From NCBI GenBank assembly GCA_964348605.1, contig CAYGDC010000002.1, positions 1-32,624 of the forward strand: DNA of 32,624 bases, given 5' to 3'. Shown piece by piece: positions 9,533 through 17,409 of the stretch. The position numbers and the translations under genes are program-made. Origin of the DNA: an uncultured Candidatus Saccharibacteria bacterium. GTDB lineage: Bacteria; Patescibacteriota; Minisyncoccia; UBA6257; Colwellbacteraceae. The number at the start of each line of letters is the position of its first letter. The first letter of the stretch is position 1. The notes under the pieces were generated by a model, which did no database searches, had not been told where the DNA came from, and saw only the letters and a program-made list of their open reading frames with translations.

Positions 9533-9958
9533 ATGACTAATCTAATTATCGGCCGCAAAATAAAAATGGATCAAATCTTTAAAGACACAGATGTTTTTCC
9601 TGTGACTTGGATTATGATTGATAAGCCAGAAAATTTAGATTTTGCAGAAGGTACTACTTTAAGCAAAGTAATTAGTGTTTCTAAAGGCAAGGGGTTTCAA
9701 GGAGTGGTCAAGCGACATGGATTTGCTGGAGGCCCTAAAACTCATGGTCAGAAGAATCGACATCGTGCCCCTGGATCCATAGGAGCTACTGCGCCACAGC
9801 GCGTTATTCCTGGAGTAAAAATGGCAGGCAGAATGGGAGGGGATCAAAAAACCCTAAAGCGCATAAAAGTCATTGAGTGGTCTGTCGAAAACAAAATGCT
9901 TGCTGTTCGTGGGTCTATTCCAGGCACTCGCGGCAGTAAAGTTAAAATTTATCTATAA
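9533..9958 (+). CDS. rplC: 50S ribosomal protein L3, unusually short (141 aa)
   Basis: GKGFQGVVKRHGF, HRAPGSIG and KMAGRMGG motifs. The region between the N-terminal strand and GKGF is much shorter than in E. coli L3. Confidence 0.85.
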   Translation: MTNLIIGRKIKMDQIFKDTDVFPVTWIMIDKPENLDFAEGTTLSKVISVSKGKGFQGVVKRHGFAGGPKTHGQKNRHRAPGSIGATAPQRVIPGVKMAGRMGGDQKTLKRIKVIEWSVENKMLAVRGSIPGTRGSKVKIYL

Positions 9959-9962
9959 ATCC

Positions 9963-10586
9963 ATGCTTACCGAACTTTACAACAATTTAGCTGAATCTAT
10001 TGGAAAGATCGAGCTTCCAGACCGCATTTTTGCTGTTAAATGGAATCCTGACCTTATAAAGCAAGCGCTTGATGCACAGCTTGCTAATTCTCGAGTTGCG
10101 ATTGCTCACACTAAGGGACGTGGAGAAGTGCGCGGTGGCGGTAAAAAGCCATGGAAACAAAAAGGAACAGGCAGAGCAAGACACGGCTCTATTCGTTCTC
10201 CAATTTGGAAAGGAGGAGGAGTCGCGCATGGACCAACCAATCAAAAAATATTTGCTGTAAAAATTAATAAAAAAATGAAACAAGCGGCAATTTTTAGCGC
10301 TCTTTCTAAAAAACTTACTGATGGCGAATTAAAAATTGTTGAATCCCTTGCTATCACTGAGCCAAAAACTAAGTTAGCAGCAAAAAATATTTATGTTTTT
10401 TCTAAAAATGCGTTAATTATTCCTGCAGCTTCCAATAAAAATATGTACAAGGCATCAGCTAATATCCCGAAAGTTAAGAGTATCAGCCCTAAATCTCTTA
10501 ACGTTTACGATATTTTATGTTATAAAAATGTACTGCTTGAAAAAGAAGCAATTGAATCAATAAATAACCACTACCATGCCTCATAA
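9963..10586 (+). CDS. rplD: 50S ribosomal protein L4
   Basis: GGGKKPWKQKGTGRARHGSIRSPIWKGGG motif. I start it at ATG 9963, just after the rplC stop. The ORF-track start at 9873 would overlap rplC with non-homologous sequence. Confidence 0.9.
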   Translation: MLTELYNNLAESIGKIELPDRIFAVKWNPDLIKQALDAQLANSRVAIAHTKGRGEVRGGGKKPWKQKGTGRARHGSIRSPIWKGGGVAHGPTNQKIFAVKINKKMKQAAIFSALSKKLTDGELKIVESLAITEPKTKLAAKNIYVFSKNALIIPAASNKNMYKASANIPKVKSISPKSLNVYDILCYKNVLLEKEAIESINNHYHAS

Positions 10587-10812
10587 AAATCCTATCAAAA
10601 AACTTCACATAACTGAAAAAGCTACTTTTTTAAAAAATAAAAACAAGTATACTTTTCAAGTCGATAGAAATATTAATAAAAGCGAAGTGAAAAAAATAAT
10701 TGAGAAGGCACATAAAGTAAATATTATTTCAGTTAATACAGTACGCATTGGCAAGCTTAAAAAAGCAATAATTTCCTTAAAAGCGGGACAAATTATCAAT
10801 GAAAAAGTTTAA
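10576..10812 (+). CDS. rplW: 50S ribosomal protein L23 (short, 78 aa)
   Basis: The position between rplD and rplB, and ITEKATFL..YTFQVDRNINKSEVKKIIE, are typical of L23. Confidence 0.85.
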   Translation: MPHKNPIKKLHITEKATFLKNKNKYTFQVDRNINKSEVKKIIEKAHKVNIISVNTVRIGKLKKAIISLKAGQIINEKV

Positions 10813-11638
10813 ACCAACAACTCCATCAAGAAGGCAAATGAGCTGTCCTGACTACAGCATTTTAAGTGGTGTTCGACCAGATAGAAAGCTCATGATGAGG
10901 ATTAACCCAAAATCCGGCAGAAACCATTCTGGGCGAATTACTGTACGTCATCAAGGCGGAGGTAATAAAAAACTCTATCGATTAGTTGATTTTGTCACTG
11001 TTGATAAGCTTGATATTCCTGCAAAAATAGAAACCTTAGAATATGATCCTTACAGAACAGCTTTTATAATGAAATTAATTTATAAAGATGGTGAAAGAAG
11101 ATATGCTCTTGCTCCTCATGGGGCTAAAGTAGGGGACTCAATATTTATAGGAGAGACCGCTCCGCTTAATCCTGGAAATAGAATGAGAATTAAAAATATT
11201 CCTGTTGGATTGTCTGTTTATAGCGTTGAAATTAATCCAGGCAAAGGCGGACAGATTGCTCGTTCAGCTGGCTCATCTGTAGAAGTGCAGGGGCACGACG
11301 GTGGCTTTACTCATCTTAAAATGAGCTCTGGTGAAGTTAGAAAAATTCTTTGGAATAATTTTGCTTCTATTGGACAAGTTTCTAATCCTGACTGGCGACA
11401 TGTGAATATAGGCAAAGCCGGTCGTATGAGAGGTATGGGAGTTCGCCCAACTGTTCGTGGCTCTGCTATGAATCCCTGTGACCACCCATATGGTGGTGGT
11501 GAAGGACGCCAACCTCGAGGAACTAGAAAGCCCAAAACTCTTTGGGGTAAAGTTACCGGAGGAAGAAAAACCAGAGATAGAAAAAAGTGGTCGAGCTCCC
11601 TTATAATTAAAAGAAGAGTAAAGAAGAGTAAAAAATAA
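10799..11638 (+). CDS. rplB: 50S ribosomal protein L2
   Basis: KPTTPSRRQM N-terminus. GRNHSGRITVRHQGGG and NPCDHPYGGGEGR motifs. Confidence 0.95.
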   Translation: MKKFKPTTPSRRQMSCPDYSILSGVRPDRKLMMRINPKSGRNHSGRITVRHQGGGNKKLYRLVDFVTVDKLDIPAKIETLEYDPYRTAFIMKLIYKDGERRYALAPHGAKVGDSIFIGETAPLNPGNRMRIKNIPVGLSVYSVEINPGKGGQIARSAGSSVEVQGHDGGFTHLKMSSGEVRKILWNNFASIGQVSNPDWRHVNIGKAGRMRGMGVRPTVRGSAMNPCDHPYGGGEGRQPRGTRKPKTLWGKVTGGRKTRDRKKWSSSLIIKRRVKKSKK

Positions 11639-11644
11639 AAAAAT

Positions 11645-11935
11645 ATGGCAAGAAGCGCTAAAAAAGGACCGTATGTTGACCCAAAGCTTTTGAAAAAAAC
11701 GCTTGTTTGGGATAAAAAAAATCCCATTAAAACATGGTCAAGATCTTCAGAAATTTCTCCCGAAATGGTAGGATGCATGTTTGCTGTTCATACTGGCAAG
11801 AGCTTTGTTGATGTTAGAGTCACAGAAGAAATGGTTGGACATAGACTTGGAGAATTTGCTCCCACAAAAAAGTTCGTACGTCACGGAGGCAAGGTTCAAA
11901 AAGAGGCAGAAAAAACTAGTGGAGCGAAAAAATAA
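11645..11935 (+). CDS. rpsS: 30S ribosomal protein S19
   Basis: [19 protein letters not shown] and [10 protein letters not shown] motifs. Confidence 0.95.
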   Translation: MARSAKKGPYVDPKLLKKTLVWDKKNPIKTWSRSSEISPEMVGCMFAVHTGKSFVDVRVTEEMVGHRLGEFAPTKKFVRHGGKVQKEAEKTSGAKK

Positions 11936-11944
11936 TTTTATTAA

Positions 11945-12517
11945 ATGATTGAAATTAAAGCAAAATTAAATAAGCTAGATATTGCTCCAAGAAAAGTTAG
12001 GGCAATTATTCGTATAATTTCCGGCCTTCCAGTTGGAGAAGCAGAAGCTCAGCTTTTATTTAGAAAAGAACGAGCAACTCTTCCAATTATCAAGCTTTTA
12101 AAAAGCGTTGTTGCAAATGCCGAAAATCAAGGAATAGCTACAACTAATCTTTATGTTAAAAAAATATGGGCTGATGAGGGCCAAGTTATGAAACGCTGGC
12201 TTCCTCGCGCAAGAGGCATAGCTACCCCATTGCACAAAAAGTTTTCTCATGTAACTATTGTGCTTGGTGAAAATACTACAAAAAAGAGTCGTTTTACAAT
12301 TTCTAAATCTTCTGTTGATAAAAAAACATCTAAGACATCTATTAATAAGCACAAAATTGATAAACGGACTAAAGTTGTTCAACCAACTGTAGTAGACCAA
12401 GAGGTGGCTTCCTTAATAAAGCCAGAAAAAACAAAAAAAGAAACCAAGGTTGAAAATGTCGGTAAGGTTAAAGCCGATAATGCAATTAAACGAATGTTTA
12501 GAAGAAAATCTATATAA
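11945..12517 (+). CDS. rplV: 50S ribosomal protein L22 with ~75-aa Lys-rich C-terminal extension
   Basis: The first ~110 aa form the L22 core (PRKVRAIIRIISG, MKRWLPRARG, HVTIVL). The remaining part is a K/T/S-rich tail. Confidence 0.9.
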   Translation: MIEIKAKLNKLDIAPRKVRAIIRIISGLPVGEAEAQLLFRKERATLPIIKLLKSVVANAENQGIATTNLYVKKIWADEGQVMKRWLPRARGIATPLHKKFSHVTIVLGENTTKKSRFTISKSSVDKKTSKTSINKHKIDKRTKVVQPTVVDQEVASLIKPEKTKKETKVENVGKVKADNAIKRMFRRKSI

Positions 12518-12522
12518 ATATT

Positions 12523-13191
12523 ATGGGACATAAGATTAAACCTACTTCATTAAGGCTTGGAATATTAAAGGGATGGAACTCTCGTTGGATTGGCGACCGC
12601 GAACAAACTAGAAACTTTCTTGAAGAAGATATCCTTATTAGGAAAATTATTTCATCTAAATTATCTCAAGCAGGGATTGTTGATATTAATATAGAAAGAA
12701 CAGTTAATGCTTATAAGGTTTTTATTAAAGCAGCTCGTCCGGGTATTATTATAGGTCGCGGAGGCAAAGGAGTGGAAGATCTAAATAAAGAAATTATTAA
12801 AGCAATCGTCAAATTAAGAAAGAAAAAGAAAATTAGCGAAACTTTACCCAATATTAATCTTAATGTTATAGAGCTACCAAGAGGAGATATTTCTGCAGTT
12901 GTCGTGGCTCACAATATAGCCTCTGATCTAGAGCGCAGGTTAAAATTTAGGAGAGTTATCAAAAAATATCTTGATGAAACAATGGCGACAAGAGGAGTAA
13001 AGGGTGTTAAAATAAAAGTTGGTGGCCGATTAGACGGAGCTGAAATTGCAAGAACCGAGTGGCTGGCTGCTGGTAGTCTTCCCTTAACAACTTTGCGCGC
13101 TGATATTGATTATGGTGAGGCGACTTCCTTGACTGCTTATGGAACCATTGGTATAAAGGTCTGGGTTTATAAAGGAGAAATTTTTAAATAA
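12523..13191 (+). CDS. rpsC: 30S ribosomal protein S3
   Basis: [14 protein letters not shown]-terminus, KH domain [10 protein letters not shown] and a C-terminal S3 domain. Confidence 0.95.
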   Translation: MGHKIKPTSLRLGILKGWNSRWIGDREQTRNFLEEDILIRKIISSKLSQAGIVDINIERTVNAYKVFIKAARPGIIIGRGGKGVEDLNKEIIKAIVKLRKKKKISETLPNINLNVIELPRGDISAVVVAHNIASDLERRLKFRRVIKKYLDETMATRGVKGVKIKVGGRLDGAEIARTEWLAAGSLPLTTLRADIDYGEATSLTAYGTIGIKVWVYKGEIFK

Positions 13192-13196
13192 ATCTC

Positions 13197-13607
13197 ATGC
13201 TCATACCTAAAAAAGTAAAACATAGAAAGTGGCAAAAAGGACGCTCTTTAAATAGACTTATAGACACGCGTGGCTTAGAGCTAAGCTTTGGTTCTTATGG
13301 ACTTCAATCTCTTGAGTCTGCGTGGATTACTTCCGCTCAAATTGAGGCTGCTAGGAAAGCGCTTACAAACTTTATTAAGAGAGAAGGCAAAGTTTGGATT
13401 CGCATTTTCCCAGATAAGCCAATTACCAAGAAACCGCCAGAGGTCACTATGGGCGCTGGAAAGGGGGCGGTAGACCATTATGTTTGCCCAGTCAAACCAG
13501 GTAGAATTATTTTTGAAATGGACGGAGTAAGCGAAGCTATAGCGCGAAGCGCTTTTCGTCTCGCTGGACACAAATTACCAGTAAAGACAAGAGTCTTAGT
13601 TAAATAA
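13197..13607 (+). CDS. rplP: 50S ribosomal protein L16
   Basis: [11 protein letters not shown] start. [18 protein letters not shown] motifs. Confidence 0.95.
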   Translation: MLIPKKVKHRKWQKGRSLNRLIDTRGLELSFGSYGLQSLESAWITSAQIEAARKALTNFIKREGKVWIRIFPDKPITKKPPEVTMGAGKGAVDHYVCPVKPGRIIFEMDGVSEAIARSAFRLAGHKLPVKTRVLVK

Positions 13608-13608
13608 A

Positions 13609-13863
13609 ATGGAAAAAAATATTACAAAAAAATCAAGAAGACTAGAGGGGGTAGTAGTGTCCGATAAAATGGATAAGACCGTTGTTGTTTCCGTACTTCG
13701 CGTTAGGGTCTCTGCTAAATATAAAAAACAGTTTAATTCTCATAAAAAATTTAAAGCGCATGACGAATTAAATATTTATCATATTGGAGACAAAGTCGTT
13801 ATAGAAGAAACTAGGCCCCTATCAAAAGAAAAAAACTGGAGAGTTGTTGAAAAAATATCTTAA
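13609..13863 (+). CDS. rpsQ: 30S ribosomal protein S17
   Basis: [41 protein letters not shown] pattern. It starts 1 nt after the rplP stop. Confidence 0.9.
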   Translation: MEKNITKKSRRLEGVVVSDKMDKTVVVSVLRVRVSAKYKKQFNSHKKFKAHDELNIYHIGDKVVIEETRPLSKEKNWRVVEKIS

Positions 13864-13875
13864 AAACCAATAACT

Positions 13876-14244
13876 ATGATTCAAGAAAGATCTATATTAA
13901 AAGTAGCTGATAATTCAGGAGCAAAAACTATTCGTTGTTTTCGTATTCTTGGTGGTAGCCGTAAAAAATTTGCTCATATAGGAGATATCATTGTTGCTTC
14001 TGTACAAGTTGCTGAGCCAAGAAAGGGAATTAAGAAAAAAGATATTGTGAAAGCTGTTGTTGTACGGTCCAGAATGAATAATAGAAGGAAAGGAGGTCTT
14101 TATGTTCGCTTTGAAGATAACGCCGCTGTTATTTTAAATGCTAAAAAAGAACCTGTTGGCACTCGTATTTTTGGACCAATTCCTAGAGAATTAAAAGAGA
14201 AAGGTTATGAAAAAATTGTTTCGCTCGCTGCGGACATAGTTTAA
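13876..14244 (+). CDS. rplN: 50S ribosomal protein L14
   Basis: MIQERSILKVADNSGAK N-terminus, 122 aa. Confidence 0.95.
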   Translation: MIQERSILKVADNSGAKTIRCFRILGGSRKKFAHIGDIIVASVQVAEPRKGIKKKDIVKAVVVRSRMNNRRKGGLYVRFEDNAAVILNAKKEPVGTRIFGPIPRELKEKGYEKIVSLAADIV

Positions 14245-14252
14245 ATATTTTT

Positions 14253-14561
14253 ATGAAAATCAAAAAAGGAGATAATGTAATGATTATGAAAGGTAAAGAC
14301 CGCGGTAAAAGCGGTAAAATTACCTTAGTAAATCCTGAAAAAAGCAGGGTACTTATTCATGGATTAAATCAGGTTAAAAAATCAGTTCGTCCCCAAAAAC
14401 AGGGCGAAAAAGGACAAATTATCTCTATATCTCTTCCCATATCTTGGAATAATGTTAAAGTTATTTGCCCTTCGTGCGCTAAGCCCTCACGAATAGGCTA
14501 TTCTATCACGGGAGATAAAAAAACTAGAGTTTGTAAAAAATGCAAAGGAACGCTTTCATAA
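14253..14561 (+). CDS. rplX: 50S ribosomal protein L24 with C-terminal CxxC-X18-CxxC motif
   Basis: KOW motif (KKGDNVMIMKGKDRGKSGKI) and canonical position. Cysteines are encoded at 14466-14543. Confidence 0.9.
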   Translation: MKIKKGDNVMIMKGKDRGKSGKITLVNPEKSRVLIHGLNQVKKSVRPQKQGEKGQIISISLPISWNNVKVICPSCAKPSRIGYSITGDKKTRVCKKCKGTLS

Positions 14562-14568
14562 ATAGCAC

Positions 14569-15066
14569 ATGCAAAAAAAAGAACAAAAATTAAATAATAT
14601 TTCTAAGATTGTTGTATCAATCGGGCTTGGCAAGATGCGTCAACAAAATGCTCAATTTGAAGATAAGATTCTCCCTAATATTATATCAGAGCTTGCGGCC
14701 ATTGTTGGCCAACGACCAGCAATTAGAAAGGCAAAAAAATCTGTTGCCGGCTTTAAGGTTAGGCAAGGTGAAGTTGTTGGCCTTGTAGCCACTTTGCGCG
14801 GTAAAAAGAAAAATGATTTTTTTATTAAATTAACTGAAATCGTATTGCCGCGCGTTAGAGATTTTCGTGGCATTGCAGAGAGCAAAGTAGATGCTAGTGG
14901 CAATCTTAATCTCGGCTTTAAAGATCAATTTGTTTTCCCAGAAGCTAGCCAAGAAGCATCAAAAGTTACTTTTGGTCTTGAGGTTACAATAGTCACAGAG
15001 GGCATGGATCGATCAAAGGCTATTGATTTTTTAAGGGAAAAAGGGATACCATCAATAATCACTTAA
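14569..15066 (+). CDS. rplE: 50S ribosomal protein L5
   Basis: [15 protein letters not shown] and LPRVRDFRG motifs. The N-terminus is ~15-20 aa shorter than in E. coli L5. Confidence 0.9.
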   Translation: MQKKEQKLNNISKIVVSIGLGKMRQQNAQFEDKILPNIISELAAIVGQRPAIRKAKKSVAGFKVRQGEVVGLVATLRGKKKNDFFIKLTEIVLPRVRDFRGIAESKVDASGNLNLGFKDQFVFPEASQEASKVTFGLEVTIVTEGMDRSKAIDFLREKGIPSIIT

Positions 15067-15070
15067 TTAT

Positions 15071-15256
15071 ATGGCAAAAGAATCAGTAATAGCGCGAGCT
15101 AAAAAACAACCCAAATTCAGTGTACGTGCCGTTAATCGCTGTTTTAAATGTGGTCGTAAACGAGGCTATATTAGAGATTTTGGTTTATGCCGTATTTGCT
15201 TTCGCGAACTTGCCTCACAAGGCATGATCCCCGGCGTTAAAAAATCTTCTTGGTAA
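15071..15256 (+). CDS. rpsN: 30S ribosomal protein S14, zinc-binding type Z (61 aa)
   Basis: [23 protein letters not shown] (CxxC-X12-CxxC), 61 aa, spc-operon position. Confidence 0.93.
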   Translation: MAKESVIARAKKQPKFSVRAVNRCFKCGRKRGYIRDFGLCRICFRELASQGMIPGVKKSSW

Positions 15257-15271
15257 TATATAAACATTCAT

Positions 15272-15652
15272 ATGTATATCAACATGCTCACTAGAATTAA
15301 AAATGCTGTTATGGCCGGAAAGCGGCGAATTAAAGTTCCTTTTGCCAAATTTGATTATAAAATAGCAGAAGCCCTTGTTCAGGCAGGATATTTAGAATCT
15401 GTCGAAAAGAAGGGCAGAAGTATTAAAAAAATTATTGATATTGTTATTAAATATGATGATGAAAAATCAAAAATTAATGATATTAAACTAATTAGTCGCC
15501 CATCACTCAGAACTTATAATGGATATAAAACCTTGCGTCGCTCAAAACAAGGTTATGGCGATTATTTTTTAACAACTCCACGTGGCATAATGACAGGATC
15601 AGAAGCTAGAAAATCTAAAACAGGCGGCGAAATTTTATTTGAAATTTGGTAA
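15272..15652 (+). CDS. rpsH: 30S ribosomal protein S8
   Basis: MLTRIKNA motif near the N-terminus and a C-terminal GGEILFEIW-type end. Confidence 0.93.
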   Translation: MYINMLTRIKNAVMAGKRRIKVPFAKFDYKIAEALVQAGYLESVEKKGRSIKKIIDIVIKYDDEKSKINDIKLISRPSLRTYNGYKTLRRSKQGYGDYFLTTPRGIMTGSEARKSKTGGEILFEIW

Positions 15653-15662
15653 TAATTGAAAT

Positions 15663-16214
15663 ATGTCTAAAATTGGTAAACAAATTATAAATATTCCTGA
15701 AAATGTTAAAGTTGAAATTCAAAACAACATCATTAAGTTTTCGGGAAACAACGGAATTCTTGAAGTTCCTATTCTTGCTGAGATATCTCCAAAATTAGAA
15801 AATAATATTCTTTCTTTTGATATTACCGCTGATAATAAGCAGGCTCGTTCTAACTGGGGCACGATGAGAGCTCTTTCTGCGAATGCTGTTTTAGGAGCTA
15901 CGAAAGACTTTACTAAAGAACTTAAAATTGAAGGAGTGGGATATAAGGCTAGCGTTGATGGAAATGCAGTTGTTTTTAATGTCGGCTACTCTCATCCAGT
16001 TAAAATTAATCTTCCCGAAGGCGTTAAAGCAGTTGTTGAAAAAAATATTGTTAAAATTTCAGGAGCAAATAAAAGCTTTGTCGGAGAAGTTGCCGCGAAA
16101 ATGAGAGCCGTAAGAAAACCAGAGCCATATAAGGGTACTGGCATCATGTATGTCGGAGAGATTATTAGAAGAAAATCCGGCAAAAAGGTTGCGGGAAGTG
16201 GTGAAGGAAAATAA
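15663..16214 (+). CDS. rplF: 50S ribosomal protein L6
   Basis: MSKIGKQIINIP start, two repeated L6 domains, RKPEPYKGTGI motif. Confidence 0.93.
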   Translation: MSKIGKQIINIPENVKVEIQNNIIKFSGNNGILEVPILAEISPKLENNILSFDITADNKQARSNWGTMRALSANAVLGATKDFTKELKIEGVGYKASVDGNAVVFNVGYSHPVKINLPEGVKAVVEKNIVKISGANKSFVGEVAAKMRAVRKPEPYKGTGIMYVGEIIRRKSGKKVAGSGEGK

Positions 16215-16229
16215 GATATAAACACCCAT

Positions 16230-16583
16230 ATGAATAGAATCAAAAAAAATAACTTAAAAGTTAAAAAAAGAGCCTTACGCATAAGAGCAAAACTTTTTGG
16301 TACGGCTACACGACCAAGGCTTTCAATTTTTAGAAGTAATCGCTACACTTATGCTCAGGCTATTGATGATAGCTCAAAAAAGACTCTTGTCGCAGCGTCA
16401 ACCAAAGAGCTCAAAATTAAAGCCAATAAATCGCTTCAAGCTTCATCGTTAGGAGAGGCAATAGCAGAAAAAGCAAAAAAAGCCGGTATTGAAGCTATGA
16501 TTTTTGATAAAGGTCCATATAAATATCATGGCAGAATCAAAAAAGTCGCCGAAGCCTTGAGGGCGTCTGGAATTAAAATTTAA
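16230..16583 (+). CDS. rplR: 50S ribosomal protein L18
   Basis: Basic N-terminus, RPRLSIFRSNRYTYAQ and FDKGPYKYHGRIKKVAE motifs. Confidence 0.9.
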   Translation: MNRIKKNNLKVKKRALRIRAKLFGTATRPRLSIFRSNRYTYAQAIDDSSKKTLVAASTKELKIKANKSLQASSLGEAIAEKAKKAGIEAMIFDKGPYKYHGRIKKVAEALRASGIKI

Positions 16584-16594
16584 ATACAATAATA

Positions 16595-17218
16595 ATGGCG
16601 GAAGAAATACAAAAAACAAGCAATACTCAAATAATAAGCCCAACTAATACTAATGCTCGCGTGGCAACAGCAGGCGATGTTTCAACGAATAGGGGACGCG
16701 GATCATTTGGGCCCTCCACTCGCCGAGACGGCGAAAGAAGAGGTGGCGGTCGTCGTGGCGGCCCTCGTCAAGAAAAAGAAAGAGATGGTTTTAATGAGAC
16801 CGTGCTTGATTTAAGACGCGTAACTCGCGTTGTAGCCGGAGGAAAGCGTTTTCGTTTTAGAGCAACTATTGTAATTGGAGATGGCAAAGGAACAGTTGCT
16901 GTTGGCGTTGCAAAAGGAGCTGATGTTCAGCAAGCAATACAAAAAGCTAAGTCCGCCGCGAAAAAATCTCTTATAACTTTCAAGATTATTAATAACACCA
17001 TAGCTCATGAAGTCACAGCCAAGTTTTCTGCTGCTCAAGTTATGTTACGCCCAGCAAAAGAAGGGCACGGGCTTATGGCCGGAGGCGCAGTAAGGGCCGT
17101 GATGTCTCTTTCGGGCGTGAAAGATGTTACCGCTAAATGTTTAGGCGGGACAAAAAATAAACTCACAAATGCTATGGCAACTATAGAAGCTCTTAAGAAA
17201 TTAAAAACCTCTAAATAA
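16595..17218 (+). CDS. rpsE: 30S ribosomal protein S5 with ~45-65-aa RGG-rich N-terminal extension
   Basis: The S5 core starts at about LDLRRVTRVVAGGKRFRFRA. The preceding region contains NRGRGSF..RRGGGRRGGPRQ. Confidence 0.93.
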   Translation: MAEEIQKTSNTQIISPTNTNARVATAGDVSTNRGRGSFGPSTRRDGERRGGGRRGGPRQEKERDGFNETVLDLRRVTRVVAGGKRFRFRATIVIGDGKGTVAVGVAKGADVQQAIQKAKSAAKKSLITFKIINNTIAHEVTAKFSAAQVMLRPAKEGHGLMAGGAVRAVMSLSGVKDVTAKCLGGTKNKLTNAMATIEALKKLKTSK

Positions 17219-17220
17219 AA

Positions 17221-17409
17221 ATGCAGTTACACGAATTACAACCAAATCATTACAATAAAGAAGCAAAAAGAATTGCTCGTGGAGGCAAGCGTGGTCGCAC
17301 TTCTGGAAGAGGGCAAAAAGGTCAAAAATCTCGTTCAGGTAGAAAAATTCGTCCAGCAATTAGAGATTTTGTACAAAGACTACCGAAATTAAGAGGAAAG
17401 CATGGATAA
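17221..17409 (+). CDS. rplO: 50S ribosomal protein L15, N-terminal part only (62 aa)
   Basis: GGKRGRTSGRGQKGQKSRSG and LPKLRG motifs match the L15 N-terminal extension. The stop at 17407-17409 overlaps the secY start, so there is no room for the C-terminal globular domain. Confidence 0.75.
   Translation: MQLHELQPNHYNKEAKRIARGGKRGRTSGRGQKGQKSRSGRKIRPAIRDFVQRLPKLRGKHG

Noticed and set aside
11311-11778. 155-aa antisense ORF across rplB/rpsS. The same applies to similar antisense or alternate-frame ORFs listed inside fusA, tuf, secY (18002-18475), mreB2 (25268-25726), pbp2 and the other genes
   Set aside because: Each lies entirely within a strongly conserved gene on the other strand or frame. 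They have low-complexity or odd composition and no start context, so they are typical shadow ORFs.
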